From the IMG/VR virus record IMGVR_UViG_3300025000_000058: 64,000 bases of DNA; one strand, given 5' to 3'. The notes beneath the pieces are model-generated. The model worked only from the letters and a program-made list of their open reading frames with translations, was not told the DNA's origin and ran no database searches. This DNA comes from a virus (lineage: Duplodnaviria > Heunggongvirae > Uroviricota > Caudoviricetes). The stretch's first letter is position 1, and every line of letters starts with the position of its first letter. The position numbers were made by a program, and so were the translations under genes. This document shows positions 17,261-25,902 of this stretch, one piece after another.

Positions 17261-17566
17261 CTAAAAACTGAATACAGAAATTGCTTCATTAATTAATTTA
17301 TATGCTACAGTTATTACTAATCCTAAAGCTATAAATGATGCTATTACTGCGATATATACTGCAAATTTTTCTTTATTTAATACTTTGCATATCATTTCTG
17401 CTATATACGATGCTACTGCTAAACCCATAATAACTAATATATAAAAACCAGGCTTGCCATAGCTTACTGTTTCTTTCATTAACTCTGCCAAGGTCATAGC
17501 ATGTGCTGTTGAAGGTATTAATAGTAACAATACAGTAGCCATTATCTTTTTCATTAAATTTTTCAT
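17261..17566 (-). CDS. small polytopic membrane protein
   Basis: 101 aa with a signal-like N-terminus plus 2-3 TM helices. Confidence 0.45.
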   Translation of the reverse strand: MKNLMKKIMATVLLLLIPSTAHAMTLAELMKETVSYGKPGFYILVIMGLAVASYIAEMICKVLNKEKFAVYIAVIASFIALGLVITVAYKLINEAISVFSF

Positions 17567-17899
17567 TTCATTCCTCCTAATAATTAATAATTTAATCTTA
17601 ACCAGCTTAAATATTCTTTTGCTTTAGATTTGTTTATAAAATATTTTATATCATTTATGTTGTATTCACTATTCCACAATACATAATCTTCAAATACATT
17701 TTTAAATAAATAATAGTCGATTCAATTATCAATACCTAAATGTCTAGCTAATTTATTTTTCATATGTCCTCCTTTCTTTTTAAATATATATTCCAATACG
17801 TATCTGCCCTTTCGATACGGTATGCTTATTATAGTATATTTATTTACTTTTGTTTTAGAATATCTTTTTATATGGTAATTTATAACATTTTATGACAAA

Positions 17900-17935
17900 T
17901 AAAAAACTCTCTATATTTTAGAGAGTTTAAATAAA
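17900..17935 (-). terminator. rho-independent terminator
   Basis: On the minus strand AACTCTCTA-aaatat-AGAGAGTT is followed by TTTTATTTG. Confidence 0.5.
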
Positions 17936-17948
17936 GTTACTATTAAAA

Positions 17949-18059
17949 TTATAAACGGTATATCGCATATATGCATAACAAAATAATAATAAAAAATATA
18001 AAAATTACAAAATCTGAAATGTCTTTAGAACTAAATATATTATTAATTTCTTCATACAT
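17949..18059 (-). CDS. small hydrophobic peptide (36 aa)
   Basis: ATG at 18057-18059 with GGAGGGA 7 nt upstream. A single TM helix. A terminator follows immediately. Confidence 0.35.
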   Translation of the reverse strand: MYEEINNIFSSKDISDFVIFIFFIIILLCIYAIYRL

Positions 18060-18188
18060 TTTAAATCCCTCCATTTAATTAAAAATAAAATAACCTTCTG
18101 GAATATTTCAGAAGGTTTAATAAAAACAATTTATATAAGAAGAAGTCGCTTCATAAAATATATTATGTCCTACTTTTAATATTTTAAT

Positions 18189-18515
18189 TCATTCAAAATT
18201 TAGCTGATACTCCTTCTTTTCTCTTTTAACCATTTCTTCTAATTCATATGTTACATTGTAATACCATTCTGTCAATGTCTTCGCATTTAATTTATTTTGA
18301 AAATTTATTAATTCTTGTTGAAGCATAAAAAATGTTTCTAATTTTGGTATATCATCAATATCTATAATTTTTTCTTTAAAATTTATTAATTCTTTTATTA
18401 ATGACGCAATATAAACTAAATATTCACGTTTTGAAAACTTTGCTGAATTTATGATTATTTTACTTATGTCATAATCATGCATATACATACTATTTTTCTT
18501 GATTTTCTTTGCCAT
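18189..18515 (-). CDS. hypothetical protein
   Basis: 108-aa ORF. Confidence 0.4.
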   Translation of the reverse strand: MAKKIKKNSMYMHDYDISKIIINSAKFSKREYLVYIASLIKELINFKEKIIDIDDIPKLETFFMLQQELINFQNKLNAKTLTEWYYNVTYELEEMVKREKKEYQLNFE

Positions 18516-18534
18516 AATTATTTTCTCCTTAGTT

Positions 18535-18777
18535 TTAATGTTTTATAGTAATAACATCACATCTTCTTATTTCAGTTTTTATTATATCACTGTTTTCTTT
18601 CCCATGAACATATATCACTTTTTCTATATTCCTTTCTATTGTTGCAGTGTCATTTTTTAATGCTTCTTTCACCCACTCTCCATAGTTTTCAATCATATAT
18701 CCTTTTATTTTGCCCCTTGTAGTGTTCCCTTCTTCAATACTTTCAATCTTACTACCATTTTCAAATTCTATGTACAT
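18535..18777 (-). CDS. hypothetical protein
   Basis: 80-aa ORF. Confidence 0.4.
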   Translation of the reverse strand: MYIEFENGSKIESIEEGNTTRGKIKGYMIENYGEWVKEALKNDTATIERNIEKVIYVHGKENSDIIKTEIRRCDVITIKH

Positions 18778-18790
18778 TATACTATTCTCC

Positions 18791-19093
18791 TCATAATAAT
18801 TTTAATTGTTTTAATATAGGTAATACATTTTCTTTTTCTTGTGGATAAAACTTCATTAATGTATCATACGCATCTGAAGGCTTATCTGGTTTTGTGAATC
18901 TTGCACATTCCCAATCAATAACCATCTCTACATAATTCTTTTTCCTTATAGATTCAACATGATGTTTTGAATATTTACGATGTATTTTTCTTATTGTATT
19001 TATCTTTAATGGCAATAAGTATAAAAATAATTTATCTATATCATGTAAATATCCTGACAATGTATTACCACCAAGTAACTGTTTTTCTACCAT
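18791..19093 (-). CDS. hypothetical protein
   Basis: 100-aa ORF. Confidence 0.4.
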   Translation of the reverse strand: MVEKQLLGGNTLSGYLHDIDKLFLYLLPLKINTIRKIHRKYSKHHVESIRKKNYVEMVIDWECARFTKPDKPSDAYDTLMKFYPQEKENVLPILKQLKLL

Positions 19094-19292
19094 AAAAAAC
19101 GCTTTTTTGTGTTTTATAGTATTTATTATATATTTTATTCTTTTTATAATTATTTCATCCTTTCATCTTTTATAACTATGCAGTGGTATATTTCATACGC
19201 ACATTATAAGCCCCCCCAAAAATAAACCAACTGATACCCCAAAGAAAAATGTAATATCATAACCCACTATAATATAACCCTCCTTTAATAAA

Positions 19293-19550
19293 CTATTCAC
19301 CAACAACTAACCACAATCTTTTATATCCTATTTTTATTTCTATAAAATCAATCTTATTTAGTTCTATAAACAAATCAGGTCTATTCTTTTTTATTTGTGA
19401 TTTAGATTTAAAAAATCCATGTTTTATTAATATATTAGGTAAAAATCTTTCTTGTTCATATAATGTTATTTCATCATCTTTTATCCCCAATATTTTTAAG
19501 TCAACTAATGGCTTGCCTATAATAATATTTTCTGGAAACATTTTATTCAC
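19293..19550 (-). CDS. hypothetical protein
   Basis: 85-aa ORF. Confidence 0.35.
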   Translation of the reverse strand: MNKMFPENIIIGKPLVDLKILGIKDDEITLYEQERFLPNILIKHGFFKSKSQIKKNRPDLFIELNKIDFIEIKIGYKRLWLVVGE

Positions 19551-19589
19551 TCTTTTCTTTTATTTCTAATTAAACCAAAAAACCAAAAA

Positions 19590-19811
19590 TCAATTTGATA
19601 AAATTATTTTATTTGCTTCATATTGATTAAAAATTGATGAACTAATATCATAAATTTCATCTGAGCAATAACCAATCCAGCCATGATGATAATCAGACCA
19701 TTGTACTGTAAATGTGGCATAATTACCATCTATTGTTTTACCAAACAGTTTGTCACCACCATAAATTAATTTATTGTTTTTATCATAATAACCAGTTGAT
19801 TTTTTATTCAT
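19590..19811 (-). CDS. hypothetical protein
   Basis: 73-aa ORF. Confidence 0.35.
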   Translation of the reverse strand: MNKKSTGYYDKNNKLIYGGDKLFGKTIDGNYATFTVQWSDYHHGWIGYCSDEIYDISSSIFNQYEANKIILSN

Positions 19812-19822
19812 ATTATTCTCCC

Positions 19823-20194
19823 TTAAGCTTCCTCTAAATTTAATTCTACATTATATAATACACCATCTTCAGTTAAACATGTAATATCTATAGACTTTAA
19901 TGTATGGCATTTTCCCCATTCGCCTGAAGGTATATTAATCCATGCATAACACGCAGTATTTGTATCTTCATCAAATAAAGTATATTCTTCGTCTTCTGCA
20001 TAATTTTCTAATTGTTGGTGTCCACTATAATTCTTTTGTATGTTTATTAATTCATCAACAATTAAATTAAATTCTTCTTCTGTATACTCTTCAATTGTTG
20101 TAATATAATCAGCATCGTTTGAATCTGCTATAATTGTTACTGTGTATTTTTTCTTGCCACCTGTTACAATTTTTACTAATTCATATTTATCCAT
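19823..20194 (-). CDS. hypothetical acidic protein
   Basis: 123-aa ORF. Confidence 0.4.
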   Translation of the reverse strand: MDKYELVKIVTGGKKKYTVTIIADSNDADYITTIEEYTEEEFNLIVDELINIQKNYSGHQQLENYAEDEEYTLFDEDTNTACYAWINIPSGEWGKCHTLKSIDITCLTEDGVLYNVELNLEEA

Positions 20195-20209
20195 TCTATC
20201 ATTCTCCTT

Positions 20210-20428
20210 TTATAATTCTGACTCATAACTTATTTTGGCTATTATCCTAGAACATAATATATCTAATCCTTTCCAATTTAATTTATATTCAAAATTTTTA
20301 ATCATATTCATAATATCAATAGCTAAAGATTTTCTTCCTTTAATATATGACTCTTTTAATTTATTCTTATACTCTTGTCTTGTCATTTTTATAATTTCTA
20401 CTTCTATATTTTCTTTTAATATTTCCAT
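20210..20428 (-). CDS. hypothetical protein
   Basis: 72-aa ORF with RBS AAGGAGAT. Confidence 0.4.
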   Translation of the reverse strand: MEILKENIEVEIIKMTRQEYKNKLKESYIKGRKSLAIDIMNMIKNFEYKLNWKGLDILCSRIIAKISYESEL

Positions 20429-20446
20429 ATAAATCTCCTTACAAAA

Positions 20447-20552
20447 TTAAATTTCTGTCAAATCATCACATTCAACTCTTTCTTCACATGATGGACAATC
20501 ATAACTTCCATCTCCATCTTCCACCACATTTAGGACATATTAATTTATTCAT
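20447..20552 (-). pseudogene. split zinc-ribbon ORF needing a +1 frameshift (CPKCGG in frame 0, CPSC...C in frame +1)
   Basis: ATG at 20550-20552 with AAGGAAG RBS. The 106-nt span is not a multiple of 3. The two halves together give a 4-Cys zinc ribbon of about 34 aa. Confidence 0.3.
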
Positions 20553-20567
20553 TCTTATTTATCTTCC

Positions 20568-20771
20568 TTATTTCAATTCATTTATAATACTTCCCAAATT
20601 ATTACCTTGCAATAACAATATTCCTACTGCAAACATTATAACAAATCCCATTAACATTATTGTGTCTACTATATAATTTAATGATGTAAATTCTGTATTA
20701 TTTTTAACATTAAATCTATATTTACTTACTTCATTATTTTTATCTTTAACTATAGATTCTTTAATTATCAT
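20568..20771 (-). CDS. small membrane protein
   Basis: 67 aa with a C-terminal TM helix LMGFVIMFAVGILLL. Confidence 0.4.
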   Translation of the reverse strand: MIIKESIVKDKNNEVSKYRFNVKNNTEFTSLNYIVDTIMLMGFVIMFAVGILLLQGNNLGSIINELK

Positions 20772-20775
20772 TTTT

Positions 20776-21049
20776 ATAATTTTCCTTTACACGGATTTCC
20801 AGCACTATTTAGCAATGGTGTTATCCCACCTCTTGGATATTCAGGACACAAATACAATATTTTTGTTTGAGTATCAATAACTACTTTAATATCTGAATTA
20901 TCTACAGTAAACGCTTCTCCTGTAAGTTTAAATCTTTCTGTGTAATTAGTATCACTTACACTATTTGAGTTTGCTTTTTTTTATACCACATCCTACCATT
21001 AACATTGTTAAAGCTAATGCCCCCAATAATAAATAATTTTTTCATTGTG
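20776..21049 (-). pseudogene. lipoprotein gene disrupted by two homopolymer frameshifts (G5 and A8)
   Basis: ATG at about 21047 gives MKKLFIIG. After a shift in GGGGG the frame continues ALALTMLMVGCGIKK (lipobox-like MVGC), and after a shift in AAAAAAAA a 64-codon open frame follows (NSNSVSDT...PCKGKL). It is not in the ORF track because it is broken. Confidence 0.4.
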
Positions 21050-21155
21050 TATACCCCCTATTTATTATAGTTTTCTATACAATATTTACATATACTACTA
21101 TCTTTATCATATATTTATTTTATATTTATTTTATATTTCATATTTCATTTCCCTA

Positions 21156-21485
21156 TTACACTCCTTTAATCCAGTTATTTATTTCTTCAATAAATTTATC
21201 TATTGACATATACCCTATGTATATTGATATACCCCAACTTATAAAATGCCCTACAAATAATTTGTCTATTACATCCATGTGAATTATTATCCCTGTAAGT
21301 ATTGCTGTAAATATTGATGCAATTAATGTGATACTAGCAATACATAGCATTCTTACAATTATACCTATATATAACAATTGTTTATTTAAATCTTTTCTAT
21401 TCACACTTTGCCCTCCTTTCTTTGATTTAATTCTACTATATCTTTTATTGCATTTTTTATCATATTTAAATCTTTTTTTATACAA
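21156..21485 (-). CDS. membrane protein, start uncertain (TTG at 21485 or ATG at 21350)
   Basis: The C-terminal 60 aa form two TM helices. The N-terminal 45 aa overlap the upstream ORF. Confidence 0.3.
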   Translation of the reverse strand: MYKKRFKYDKKCNKRYSRIKSKKGGQSVNRKDLNKQLLYIGIIVRMLCIASITLIASIFTAILTGIIIHMDVIDKLFVGHFISWGISIYIGYMSIDKFIEEINNWIKGV

Positions 21486-21724
21486 TATGTATAAAATACT
21501 AATTCATTTTCTAATGAAAATTCATAAATTGTTTTTAATTCTTTTTTCATAATTAATCTATATAACTCATTCTCTATTTTCATAACATATCTTTCTTTAT
21601 CTTCTTTTATTACTTTAAATTCCTTAACTTTTTCTTGATATTCTTTTTCGCCTTGTGTATTTGTTTCATACATACCAACTACCATATATATCTTTTTATT
21701 TTGTTTTTTTAGATTATTTTTCAT
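21401..21724 (-). CDS. hypothetical protein
   Basis: 107-aa ORF. Confidence 0.4.
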   Translation of the reverse strand: MKNNLKKQNKKIYMVVGMYETNTQGEKEYQEKVKEFKVIKEDKERYVMKIENELYRLIMKKELKTIYEFSLENELVFYTYCIKKDLNMIKNAIKDIVELNQRKEGKV

Positions 21725-21744
21725 TTAACGAATTCTCCTTTATA

Positions 21745-22179
21745 CTATTTCCAAAATTGCCACCATTTTTTATCAGTTATTTTTTTTAACATTATTTTCT
21801 TTACTGCTCCATTATTATATTTTTCTAAAGCTAATTCATATTCTTCCATTATTTTTGCTTTTGAGTCTTTATCTTCTAATATGTCTTTATTATTATAATA
21901 TTCACTAACCCTATATATTCTTTTATTAATACCTCTAATAATATCTTCAACATACACTATTTTATCATTAATACATACCCTTTCTCTTTCTCTAAATTCT
22001 TCTTGACAATCTTCTTCTTCAAAAAATGTAATATATTCTTTTACATTAAGTCTAAGAAATACTCCTGGTTCATCTTCTTTTAATTTATGCTCTGGATATA
22101 TTTTCTTTTCAAAACTAGATGCATTACTATTTACATAATATTCTTTTTCATAAATTGGTTTTTGAAATATTACTTTCAT
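21745..22179 (-). CDS. hypothetical protein
   Basis: 144-aa ORF. Confidence 0.4.
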   Translation of the reverse strand: MKVIFQKPIYEKEYYVNSNASSFEKKIYPEHKLKEDEPGVFLRLNVKEYITFFEEEDCQEEFRERERVCINDKIVYVEDIIRGINKRIYRVSEYYNNKDILEDKDSKAKIMEEYELALEKYNNGAVKKIMLKKITDKKWWQFWK

Positions 22180-22194
22180 TTTAACGCACTCCTT

Positions 22195-22770
22195 TTATTT
22201 TTTAAAATAGTCGCCATTTTTAATATCTAATAATATTCTTCTTAATTCTCCATAGTATTGATATAATTTTGGATTAACATATTTTATCCACTCTTCTTTA
22301 TTGCCTTCTATTATTAATTTTCTTAATTTTGTTGCACTTATACCATTTTCTATTTGTCTTGGTATAATTAATTGACTTGTTAGTGGAATATCTTCTGGAT
22401 TAAACCATTCATACCTTTTTTCATCATTACCATAAATCATTATTTCTGGAATAGAACCAATATGTTTTGTTATAGTGTCCATTAAGTATTTACCCCACTT
22501 ACCACCCTCAACATCATCTTCATGAGTTAAATCATCTAATGGTAATATATTTAATTTATTATGATAAATTTCTTTTTGGAATACCTCATATATCATACCT
22601 GTTCTTACATAGACATGAAAAGGATTTCTTTCAACTCCTTCTAATTGTGCAGAACCTACAACAACTAAAAATTTATCACACATACTAAGTCCCAAATTAA
22701 TCATTTCTTCATGTTTTATTGTTAACATTTGAAATCTTCCAATGCAAAATCCTGTTTTATATTTTTTCAT
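22195..22770 (-). CDS. natV: nicotinamide-nucleotide adenylyltransferase (NMNAT, NadM/NatV-like)
   Basis: The likely start is MKKYKTGF, with AGGAGG 9 nt upstream. FCIGRFQMLTIKH matches the archaeal/phage NMNAT GRFQPxHxGH nucleotidyltransferase motif, and ISATKLRKLI matches the ISGTxIR motif. Confidence 0.7.
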   Translation of the reverse strand: MKKYKTGFCIGRFQMLTIKHEEMINLGLSMCDKFLVVVGSAQLEGVERNPFHVYVRTGMIYEVFQKEIYHNKLNILPLDDLTHEDDVEGGKWGKYLMDTITKHIGSIPEIMIYGNDEKRYEWFNPEDIPLTSQLIIPRQIENGISATKLRKLIIEGNKEEWIKYVNPKLYQYYGELRRILLDIKNGDYFKK

Positions 22771-23014
22771 TAATATAATCCTCCTTCTATTTAAATTTAT
22801 CATAACAAATATGCCAACCACATATCTTACATGTTGCAGATACTTTTACCCCAGTTTTAAATCTCCAATTATATCTCTTATATTCGTATTCACGTTCTTC
22901 GTATTCCCATTGATGTTTGCAAAAACATGATCTAATATAATTTACAATATTTCTAAATCCCATTATGTTTTATCACCTACTTAATATTTTATATCCTCAA
23001 TTAAGATAAGAGAT

Positions 23015-23566
23015 TTACTCTCCTATCTTCTCCTCGCCCATTTTACCAACATAAGTTGCTATTTCCAATAACTCTTTATCATTATATCTTTTATACAAAT
23101 CATTAATCCAATTATTATATTTGCTACTATAATCTTCTATCATATCCGAATTAACTGCATTTTCCATTATTGCTAAATATAATTTTCTTGGCATATTAGC
23201 ATATCTCAATGTTTTAACTATATTTGTTATAGATTCTACTCCAACTATAGTTATCATATTACTTTCAAACATTGTATCTTTTCTTTCATCTTTATATTTT
23301 GTAGGGTCAAATACTAAAGTAAATATCATTTTATTTTCATATGTTATTATTGGTAGTAAATACATATTTTCTTTTATAATATATACTTTTACATCGTTAT
23401 TTGTTGATAGCAATTCTTTTTCTTCCATTGTCATATTTTTTAAATATATACTTATTGCATATCCTCCACCATATAATGTTTCAAATACTGCACCATCAGA
23501 TATATTATCTGGTTTTTCAAATAAGGTATATTGCTGTCCAACTGCTATAACATGCAATTTACTCAT
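23015..23566 (-). CDS. hypothetical protein (start revised to MSKLHV...)
   Basis: ATGA start/stop overlap with the upstream gene at 23563-23566. Strong RBS GGACAAGGAGGA. Confidence 0.45.
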   Translation of the reverse strand: MSKLHVIAVGQQYTLFEKPDNISDGAVFETLYGGGYAISIYLKNMTMEEKELLSTNNDVKVYIIKENMYLLPIITYENKMIFTLVFDPTKYKDERKDTMFESNMITIVGVESITNIVKTLRYANMPRKLYLAIMENAVNSDMIEDYSSKYNNWINDLYKRYNDKELLEIATYVGKMGEEKIGE

Positions 23567-23895
23567 TCCTCCTTGTCCCATTTTGATTTTGTTAAAGCAA
23601 ATCTTATTTCTAAATCTGGAGTTACATAACTTCCACAAACACTAATATAAATTCTACATATTTCAATAAACGTATTTATCCCTAAAGGAAATTCATAAAC
23701 AATTTTATCTGGATCATCACATGTATGACAATATTTTCCTTGTATGAATCCTCTGCCTTCTAATAAATTACTTTCAACTTCTAAACAAGCTAATATTTCT
23801 TTCCCGTCAGGTAAATTAAATAGATGTTTTTCAGCATTTAATTTCGTCATAGTAATTGGATTTGATTTTTTAAAAAACAAATCAGATTGATACAC
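23563..23895 (-). CDS. hypothetical protein
   Basis: 110-aa ORF. Confidence 0.4.
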   Translation of the reverse strand: MYQSDLFFKKSNPITMTKLNAEKHLFNLPDGKEILACLEVESNLLEGRGFIQGKYCHTCDDPDKIVYEFPLGINTFIEICRIYISVCGSYVTPDLEIRFALTKSKWDKEE

Positions 23896-23971
23896 CTCCC
23901 TACAAAAAAGTGTTATGTGTATTTATAATTATATTATAACACATAACACTTTTAATTGCAAGTATAAAATA

Positions 23972-24628
23972 CTATAGTTTTATTTTTAAATACATTTCAT
24001 CTAATTCTTTCTTAAATCTATCCTCTAAATCCTGAACACTTTCTTTTTCTCTAAATTGATTCCTTGATTTAATGTCCATTTTTTTTAATTTATTCCATAA
24101 ATCGGGATAATACATATATAAATTTCTTAATTCTCTTAAACTAGAAAAAGGACAACACCAGCAACTTACTCTATTAAATTTTGTATATAGTCCATTCCAA
24201 TCAAATCCTTTATCGTAACAATATTTAAGTGCTTCACCCTCTGTCATTTCCCAGTCAATTAATGGATATCTTTTTAGTTTATTATCTTCAATTCTTTGCA
24301 TTTCATCCATAGCAATTCCTATGTATTGTATATAATTTTCATTACCATATTTTTTATCTAAATATGATTTTATTATATTTCTTTTTAATACAGTAGCACA
24401 CCATTTATTTTGACTTTGCGAAGCCCATGCATAACCTTTTTGCCCTTTGTATTTACCTTTTGTTTTTTCATGCTTAAACATCCAATAATCATATGTTTTA
24501 TTACGTAATATTTTAATTGGTATGTCTATGTATTGTTCGATTTTTTTAATATGCTCATAAAGCTGTGGAAACTCCTTTGTTGTATCTGCAAAAATTATTT
24601 CATCTATTTGCATAGCTTTTTCATGCAT
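23972..24628 (-). CDS. PAPS-reductase-like / adenine-nucleotide alpha-hydrolase-family protein (C-terminal region; no SGGxDS P-loop seen)
   Basis: YPLIDWEMTEGEALKYCYDKGFDWNGLY...RVSCWCCP resembles the C-terminal part of phage PAPS-reductase-like proteins. An in-frame stop lies 33 nt upstream of the ATG, so no N-terminal extension is available. Confidence 0.35.
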   Translation of the reverse strand: MHEKAMQIDEIIFADTTKEFPQLYEHIKKIEQYIDIPIKILRNKTYDYWMFKHEKTKGKYKGQKGYAWASQSQNKWCATVLKRNIIKSYLDKKYGNENYIQYIGIAMDEMQRIEDNKLKRYPLIDWEMTEGEALKYCYDKGFDWNGLYTKFNRVSCWCCPFSSLRELRNLYMYYPDLWNKLKKMDIKSRNQFREKESVQDLEDRFKKELDEMYLKIKL

Positions 24629-24730
24629 TAAAAGTAAAAGAGCACTTGAATCTTTGTCAACCTCCCGAAAAACTAACTATATGTTTCACAGGTAAATCAC
24701 ACCCTTTCCCCTATAATAATAAATTATCTA

Positions 24731-25060
24731 TTACTGTTCATCATCATCTTCTTCTTCTAATTCGCATTCTTCTCTTTCACTTAAACAATAATCACACAAT
24801 GTATCTCCATTTTCATCATTATATGGTTGATCATACCACCAACCACACTCATCACATTGAAATATTTCATTTTCAATTGCTTGCAATGTTTCATCAGTTA
24901 TATTACATATTGTGTATTCTACATCAAATCTATCAAATAATTTTGATATTGCATCAGCGATATTTTGTGTAGTACCTTGTAAATCTTCAATTAATTCTTC
25001 AATTTCTTCACTTGTTAAAGTTATTTTATTACTTTTCATTATTATCCTCCTTATTTTCAA
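24731..25060 (-). CDS. acidic protein with C-terminal zinc ribbon
   Basis: CDECGWW...CDYC. 109 aa, highly acidic tail. Confidence 0.4.
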   Translation of the reverse strand: MKIRRIIMKSNKITLTSEEIEELIEDLQGTTQNIADAISKLFDRFDVEYTICNITDETLQAIENEIFQCDECGWWYDQPYNDENGDTLCDYCLSEREECELEEEDDDEQ

Positions 25061-25168
25061 CTGCTTTCATTTCCTTTTGAAATGCTTCACATGTATCATA
25101 ACATTTTTCTGTTTTAGTCAATTTAAAATAACTGCAATTCCAGCAGGGGCATTGTATTTGAGTCATTT

Positions 25169-25483
25169 TTATCTTTCACCTCTTTTATTCTTTACTGGTT
25201 TCTCTTTATATTCTAATATTTCAATTATATTAACAATATTAACATTATCTGCTTTAACCCAATTGCTTTCATCGTCACACAATACGAATAAACAATTTCT
25301 ATCATCAATGCCACCATTAACCCAACCTTGGCACATACTATATGTTCCATTGTCATTGATTTTCCAGTATTTAATATATCTATCTTGCACTTCATCATAA
25401 GTATAATATTTTTGATTAGTCAATTTATTTAAAAGCACTTGTTCTTCAGTATATGTTTTTTGTTCTTGGTTTTGGTTTTGCAT
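25169..25483 (-). CDS. hypothetical protein
   Basis: 104-aa ORF. Confidence 0.4.
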   Translation of the reverse strand: MQNQNQEQKTYTEEQVLLNKLTNQKYYTYDEVQDRYIKYWKINDNGTYSMCQGWVNGGIDDRNCLFVLCDDESNWVKADNVNIVNIIEILEYKEKPVKNKRGER

Positions 25484-25504
25484 TTTATTTCCTCCTTATT
25501 ATTT

Positions 25505-25822
25505 TTATTTTTGTGTTGATAATTTATTTACATCATACTCATTTTTTGCTTTTAATATTTCTGACATATGTTTTATTATTTCATTTTCATTTAATTTTAA
25601 AGTTGCTTTAATCAGATTTTTATATAATTTTAAATTTTGCATAACAAATACATTATCTTCTGTTGTAGTTTGATTTAATATATTTGCAACAAGGACTTCT
25701 TTCATTATATCTAATACAACTTTTTCATTTTCTTCTATTTTATTTTCACTGATATGCTCGTTATAACATTCATTAACAATATTAATAATTTCTTTTTTAA
25801 TATTTACTAATTCTGTACCCAT
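25505..25822 (-). CDS. hypothetical protein
   Basis: 105-aa ORF. Confidence 0.4.
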   Translation of the reverse strand: MGTELVNIKKEIINIVNECYNEHISENKIEENEKVVLDIMKEVLVANILNQTTTEDNVFVMQNLKLYKNLIKATLKLNENEIIKHMSEILKAKNEYDVNKLSTQK

Positions 25823-25902
25823 TTTATTATATCTCCTTTATTCTTAGGTGTTATAATATAATAATTATAACACCCATTATTTTTGGTATTTTTATAAATT
25901 AT

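Noticed and set aside
17580-17770. 58-aa HTH-like minus-strand ORF interrupted by a single in-frame TGA (MKNKLARHLGIDN-TGA-IDYYLFKNVF...), hinting at a TGA-recoding genetic code
   Set aside because: All large genes (806, 682, 658, 573 aa) are intact under the standard code, so TGA acts as a stop here. This is more likely a short peptide or a pseudogene.
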